Source: Candidatus Melainabacteria bacterium (GTDB taxonomy: Bacteria > Cyanobacteriota > Vampirovibrionia > Vampirovibrionales > JAJTHC01). Taken from it: a stretch of DNA of 64,000 nt. A program made the position numbers and the translations under genes. The stretch lies in contig JANRKP010000024.1 of assembly GCA_033763415.1 (NCBI GenBank), forward strand, positions 2,587 to 66,586. The letters run 5' to 3'. Of this stretch, positions 59,695-64,000 are shown one piece after another; the stretch's first letter is position 1, and each line of letters opens with the position of its first letter. The notes below the pieces were generated by a model. The model saw nothing but the letters and a program-made list of their open reading frames with translations. It did no database searches and had not been told where the DNA came from.

Positions 59695-60480
59695 ATGACT
59701 GATGAAATTTGTATAAATAGTGTCCTAAAAAGCCCCAAAAAAATGAGATTTTTCGTTAAATTAGTCGAAAGAGAATGCCATGATACACAAGAGCGTGTCG
59801 CACTGTTGCGACACCGGTTAAAGGCTATTCGCTACCAATACCAATTAATGGAACAGCAAAAAATCCATTATGCTTTTTACCCCATTAATAAAGCTGAGGC
59901 TTATCTGTTGTACATGATTGACAGCTTGGAAGATCTCGATTTGTTACTTAAAAGAGATCCTTATTTTCCTCACACGCGAGCCGACGTCATTCCCGTAGTT
60001 AACACGGAAGCTTTAGTTCGGGAAGCACAAGATTATTTAGGAGTAGAGCATTTTAGCCAGGCAGATATCGATCAGGGCGTTTTAGATTATGGCGTACAGC
60101 CAGTTGATCAGGAAGCCGATTATTTGTTGGCAATCAAAGAAGTACCTCCTTTCAGCCCACTTCTTTCAGAAGAGGAGCAAAATGATGTACATTACCGAAC
60201 TATTTTGGCCCAAGAAGGACATTTCAGCCAAATTGAATTCTCCGATGAAAATCCAGTTGGCATGCAAGTAGGAATCACTGTCGTTAAGGGTCCGCTAGAT
60301 GAAACAAAAGCCCTGGTTGAGTCTTGCCCCGTATTTCCAGATACAATGGTAGAGTACACACATTTAATGACTTTAAAGCAGGCTTGGAAATATACAGTAG
60401 AGGAATTAGCCAAACTGCGTAGACCATTGACCACGGACGAAGCAAAATGGCCATTTGAAGCCGTAACCACTGCGAATTAG
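59695..60480 (+). CDS. hypothetical protein (261 aa), orphan in the island
   Basis: Intact ORF immediately following the desaturase-like gene with a 1-bp spacing. No known domain. Confidence 0.4.
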   Translation: MTDEICINSVLKSPKKMRFFVKLVERECHDTQERVALLRHRLKAIRYQYQLMEQQKIHYAFYPINKAEAYLLYMIDSLEDLDLLLKRDPYFPHTRADVIPVVNTEALVREAQDYLGVEHFSQADIDQGVLDYGVQPVDQEADYLLAIKEVPPFSPLLSEEEQNDVHYRTILAQEGHFSQIEFSDENPVGMQVGITVVKGPLDETKALVESCPVFPDTMVEYTHLMTLKQAWKYTVEELAKLRRPLTTDEAKWPFEAVTTAN

Positions 60481-60512
60481 GTTGAAAATTAAACTAAGAG
60501 GTTCCTAATCTT

Positions 60513-60968
60513 ATGCAGCAATTGTTTATAGTTGAATCAGTTCACCATATTGGATTAGTCGTTCGTAACGAACAAAAAGCTCGCACATTTTACACGGACA
60601 TTCTTGGATTTCAGCCCCATCATCGAGTTGATTCCTGGCTAATGCTTAATGACAAATTAAGTATTCATTTAATTGAAATTCCAGAAGCTGAAATCGTTGA
60701 TTCTTTATTCCATCAAATTAATCACGTAGCCATTCAAGTATCTGATTTAAAACCAATCTTGAAATTATTGCTAGAACATGGTCAAGCGCCCTTCCAAATG
60801 GACTTTGAAGGAGCAGAAAAACCACTCACTGATCCAGAAGACCCTATGAACTTTGGATTGGGAACCATTTTTGTAAACGACCCTGATGGGAATTTAATTG
60901 AATTTTTGCAGATGGGTCATGGTGTTTTTACAGAAGACACTGAAAGTATTGCTTATCAAACTGCATAA
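60513..60968 (+). CDS. VOC / glyoxalase-bleomycin resistance-dioxygenase superfamily protein
   Basis: N-terminal VHHIGLVVRNEQKARTFYTDILGF and C-terminal IFVNDPDGNLIEF are the paired beta-alpha-beta-beta-beta VOC motifs. Confidence 0.65.
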   Translation: MQQLFIVESVHHIGLVVRNEQKARTFYTDILGFQPHHRVDSWLMLNDKLSIHLIEIPEAEIVDSLFHQINHVAIQVSDLKPILKLLLEHGQAPFQMDFEGAEKPLTDPEDPMNFGLGTIFVNDPDGNLIEFLQMGHGVFTEDTESIAYQTA

Positions 60969-61007
60969 AGCTGCCGTCAAGTTAATTTACAAGAATCAAA
61001 GCTATTA

Positions 61008-61673
61008 TTGACTACAATGACTCAGCAATCTGAAAACATCTCTATTGAAGAACAAATAAAACAGGCCTATTTTTGGGCGGCTTACGAAGACGAACAACCT
61101 GCATTGATGCTGGATGGAACCGTGTGTCAACCGTGGCAAGTTCGTGAATGGGGCGGGTTTTCTCTCAGAGGGCTGATGGAAAAACACTTTGAGGAAGCTT
61201 TTGCGTTATCGGAGCCCTGGGTGCATGACCCATCGGTCAACGTTCGGCGAGGTGCCCTAATTGGGTGTAAATTAACCAAAAAGTCCGCCACGCCAGAGCG
61301 GGTTCATCAAGTACTGGAAAGAATTAGCCACTTTATGTCCGATGAAAACGACTATATTAAAAAGAATTGCGGTCCGTTTGTTGTCAATGAATTAGGCAGC
61401 CTTCAGCCAGAAATTGTGCTCAATTGGCTTAAGATCCAAGCCCAAATACCCAATGTTCACGTGCGCGCTAACGTGGCAAAGGCATTTACACAAGCTTTTG
61501 GCAAACGCTATCCGCAAGAAGCCATGTCCGTTTTGGAATTGCTTCGAGACGATCCAGAAAGAAGAGTGCAATCGGCTATTATTTCTGCCCTTAAAAATTT
61601 AAATAAAAATGGCGCTGTTTCCTCCGAAAATATTCGGCAGCGCTTTCCAAAACAGGCAGAGAAAGTGCTTTAG
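61008..61673 (+). CDS. HEAT-like protein, possibly of the DNA alkylation repair enzyme (AlkC/AlkD-like) family
   Basis: DENDYIKKNCGPFVVNELGSLQPEIVLNWL resembles the family pattern D..wYV.K..GW.LRE....PE.v..FL. This is a weak call. Confidence 0.35.
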   Translation: MTTMTQQSENISIEEQIKQAYFWAAYEDEQPALMLDGTVCQPWQVREWGGFSLRGLMEKHFEEAFALSEPWVHDPSVNVRRGALIGCKLTKKSATPERVHQVLERISHFMSDENDYIKKNCGPFVVNELGSLQPEIVLNWLKIQAQIPNVHVRANVAKAFTQAFGKRYPQEAMSVLELLRDDPERRVQSAIISALKNLNKNGAVSSENIRQRFPKQAEKVL

Positions 61674-62455
61674 TATCTTGAATTACCCTCAGCCTGCTCA
61701 AATAGTGCTAGATTTTCCACAACCTGGCTACATTGCTCTGGAGAGTTGTCTAGCGCCTGAGGATAATGTAAAACCCAGTCTTCATCAAATATCGCCATAT
61801 TGGGTACAGTTGCTGGAATTGCTAACGCCATCGAATGGGCCGTATCTGCCACCAGCGCTGAGCGATGCAACAAAACAGGCTGTATGGCAGTGGTCACAGG
61901 TTCTATCCCTACGGCAGGTATTGCCAAAAGATGGTTCAAGCTTGTGCCAAACAAAGATTGTTGACTGCTAGCATGCAAACGACCAATTAGTATCAACGGG
62001 GCCCCAGAGTGCCTGGTAAGTCGATCCGTAATTTTACCGTGCCAGGCGGCGTGGAGACTTTCTGCCCCGCTATCGCATAGACTGGGATCAAAAGTGGGAA
62101 GACCATAAACCGGCACCTGTTTTAATTTAGCAACCCGAAGTATTTCCAATAAACCGGCCAAAACACGTTTTCGAGCAGATAGACTTTCAATATTCAGATG
62201 AATCCATAAGTAATAATGAAGCGGCCAAAATAAGGGCTTGTCTGCCAAATAATCTTGGACGAAACCTTCTATTTCTTCAGAAATATGCTCCAAAAATAAT
62301 ACGGGGGTAATTTCCTCTGGCGCCTCTAACAGGAGACGTGCTAACAAATATTTAGAGAAAATGGTCAGATGATCCTCTGCCAGCACCAAGCCGCAAGATT
62401 TTGTAAACAAGCTCCACACAGCAGACAAACTCACAGGGAACGCTCCATTAAACAA
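61670..62455 (-). CDS. hypothetical protein (261 aa), the only minus-strand gene in the island
   Basis: Intact ORF convergent with the flanking plus-strand genes. Confidence 0.4.
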   Translation of the reverse strand: MFNGAFPVSLSAVWSLFTKSCGLVLAEDHLTIFSKYLLARLLLEAPEEITPVLFLEHISEEIEGFVQDYLADKPLFWPLHYYLWIHLNIESLSARKRVLAGLLEILRVAKLKQVPVYGLPTFDPSLCDSGAESLHAAWHGKITDRLTRHSGAPLILIGRLHASSQQSLFGTSLNHLLAIPAVGIEPVTTAIQPVLLHRSALVADTAHSMALAIPATVPNMAIFDEDWVLHYPQALDNSPEQCSQVVENLALFEQAEGNSRY

Positions 62456-62508
62456 AATTTTCGGGTTATTACAACAATTGTTGAATTTTATTATACCCTG
62501 AGTTAGGA

Positions 62509-63063
62509 TTGTTTTCAGTAAATTGTGCGGTCCACAGCGCTACCCCGTTTAATCAGCGTCGTATTGGAATGGCTATGTCTCACGTAGATGCGTTTGTTCG
62601 TAAAAATCAAACCCAAATAACGATTCGGACTGCTACTTTGAACGATATGGAAGCCTTGCTCCCGTTATTTCATGCGTATCGAAAAACGTTGGAGCGTGAA
62701 CCGAACGAGGCGCTAACTCGCAAATTTATTCAAGATCGTCTCCAATATAACCAAACGCTTATGTTTGTTGCATTTTGCGATCAGGTACTCTGCGGCATGC
62801 TTCACGTAAGCCCCATCTATTGCCTGAGAACACTAAAAACACAATGGTTGTTGGACAATCTCTACGTAGTGCCCGAATACCGGCAATACCCCATTCAGGT
62901 ACAACTGGTCAAAGCCGCGCAGCACCACGCCAAACAACGCGCTTCGGATTGGATGTTTAGCTTTATTGCGCGGGACAATCAGTCGTTAAAATCATTGCTC
63001 ATCGATCAATTTCACTTTTTGCCCGACCAGGACCATGGATTTTACTATGCGCCTGTTCAGTAG
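62509..63063 (+). CDS. GNAT-family N-acetyltransferase (probable)
   Basis: LLDNLYVVPEYRQYPIQVQLVKAAQHHAKQ resembles GNAT motif A (V.P.yRg.GiG..L). Confidence 0.45.
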   Translation: MFSVNCAVHSATPFNQRRIGMAMSHVDAFVRKNQTQITIRTATLNDMEALLPLFHAYRKTLEREPNEALTRKFIQDRLQYNQTLMFVAFCDQVLCGMLHVSPIYCLRTLKTQWLLDNLYVVPEYRQYPIQVQLVKAAQHHAKQRASDWMFSFIARDNQSLKSLLIDQFHFLPDQDHGFYYAPVQ

Positions 63064-63072
63064 CTTTTAAGC

Positions 63073-64000
63073 AATGACGCCCCTTTGCGCCACTATGCTT
63101 TTTTTAGCCAAGCACCAGACGACTACGCCAACCCCTTATTTGGCCCGCGCACAACGTCTGTTTAAAACATCCGAATCCGCACTGTTATGTGACTTGTACG
63201 GCCAGGACTATGTTTGGGCTCTCTGTAGCGATAACATTATTCGGGAACTGAGACATAAACTAAAGCAAGGAAAAATTTTGTCTTTTCGGGAGCTGGAAGC
63301 ACAAGCCAGAGCGCACTACCGCCAAATTAAACTGGAAAACGAAACACGGCTACACAAACAGTTTTTAAATACGCTCAATCCTACCGATCTCGCCCTGTAT
63401 CAGTATTTGAGTCAACACGGGTTTGATAAAGCGGCTTGCCAGCCAGAGGCGGTAGAAGCGCTGTTAAATCAGACTGGGCCAAATATAACGCCGAGTCGGT
63501 TTATGGAGGAGTCTTTCTTTCGCTCTGACGATCTGGGCCCCATCATTGGCAAAATGTTAGAGGCAAGATCTGCTTTTGGCCTGGACCCGTTTGGTGTAGA
63601 GGCCTTTGGCATTCCTCGCACGGAGACGGATGGCTACGAAAAAATTGTGTGCCAGGTCAATCGAGACACTGGTACGAGCCGGTGGCAGGGAAATGCGGTT
63701 GGAAAAATGTTTGAGTCCTCCCTGTCTATGCTTGACAGAGAAGCTTTGCAGACGGTTTGGCAACCGGTAACTGCCCCCCAGGAACTGTTACAAGTGCCTG
63801 AACTGGCCAATTATCTTGCCCACTTTGAACAACTACAATTGGCGGTATGGAAAAAGCAGTCGCCATTGCTCCAACTGCCCCAACCGCTGATGACAGTATA
63901 TGCGCTGAAACTGCCGCATAAAACGGCGGCGGCGGTCTGGATGGCCAGCAGTCCGCAAAATATCCCCCCGGTGTTTCGCCACCTGGAACAGTGTTTTTTC
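63073..64000 (+). CDS. hypothetical protein, 3'-truncated by the window edge
   Basis: Open frame from ATG 63073 to the window end (MTPLCATMLFLAKHQ...). It is not in the ORF track because no stop falls within the window. Confidence 0.4.

Noticed and set aside
1-64000. Searched for CRISPR arrays, rRNA genes and IS/transposase or integrase genes
   Set aside because: I found no regularly spaced direct repeats with unique spacers, no rRNA-like segments and no transposase or integrase motifs. The tRNA-adjacent island lacks a visible integrase within this window.

Overview
This is a 64-kb window of bacterial chromosome at roughly 58% GC, judged by eye. The lineage is uncertain. The RTX and type I secretion architecture and a PBS-lyase-type HEAT-repeat protein are cyanobacterium-like, but neither is diagnostic. 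The window is gene-dense and falls into five parts.

(1) A housekeeping start: leuB and one hypothetical protein.

(2) A complete, co-linear minus-strand type I secretion (T1SS) locus. It holds a 1004-aa RTX nonapeptide-repeat protein, a parvulin-like PPIase-domain protein, an HlyB-type ABC transporter, an HlyD adaptor and a TolC-like outer-membrane factor. A GT4-type glycosyltransferase lies convergently beside it.

(3) A mixed core block: rmlC, a J-domain protein, a periplasmic cyclophilin, an aldehyde dehydrogenase, two paralogous small Gly/Gln-rich proteins, a TPR protein, an RlpA-like protein, a typA-feoA-feoB block, nnr, an amino-acid ABC uptake cluster with no ATPase gene, a ribD with a long tail, and a heterodimeric ABC exporter.

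(4) A tRNA-Val(GAC) followed by a terminator.

(5) Immediately after the tRNA, a visibly more AT-rich block of about 9.5 kb running to the window edge. Its genes are a NIPSNAP protein, a PaaK/F390-synthetase-like adenylating enzyme, a HemN-like radical SAM enzyme, a His-box membrane desaturase/hydroxylase, a VOC protein, a possible AlkD-like HEAT protein, a GNAT and several orphan hypotheticals. This block is the best candidate here for an acquired, undescribed biosynthetic or resistance system.

Other features of note are a 1.4 to 1.6-kb non-coding region, 35.7 to 37.3 kb, with internal direct repeats; G/C homopolymer tracts of 8 to 11 nt, two of them in a repeated G-run plus TAAC context; long tandem super-repeats inside the RTX gene; and P/S/T-rich low-complexity linkers on many unrelated proteins. 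I saw no CRISPR array, rRNA gene or recognizable IS/transposase.
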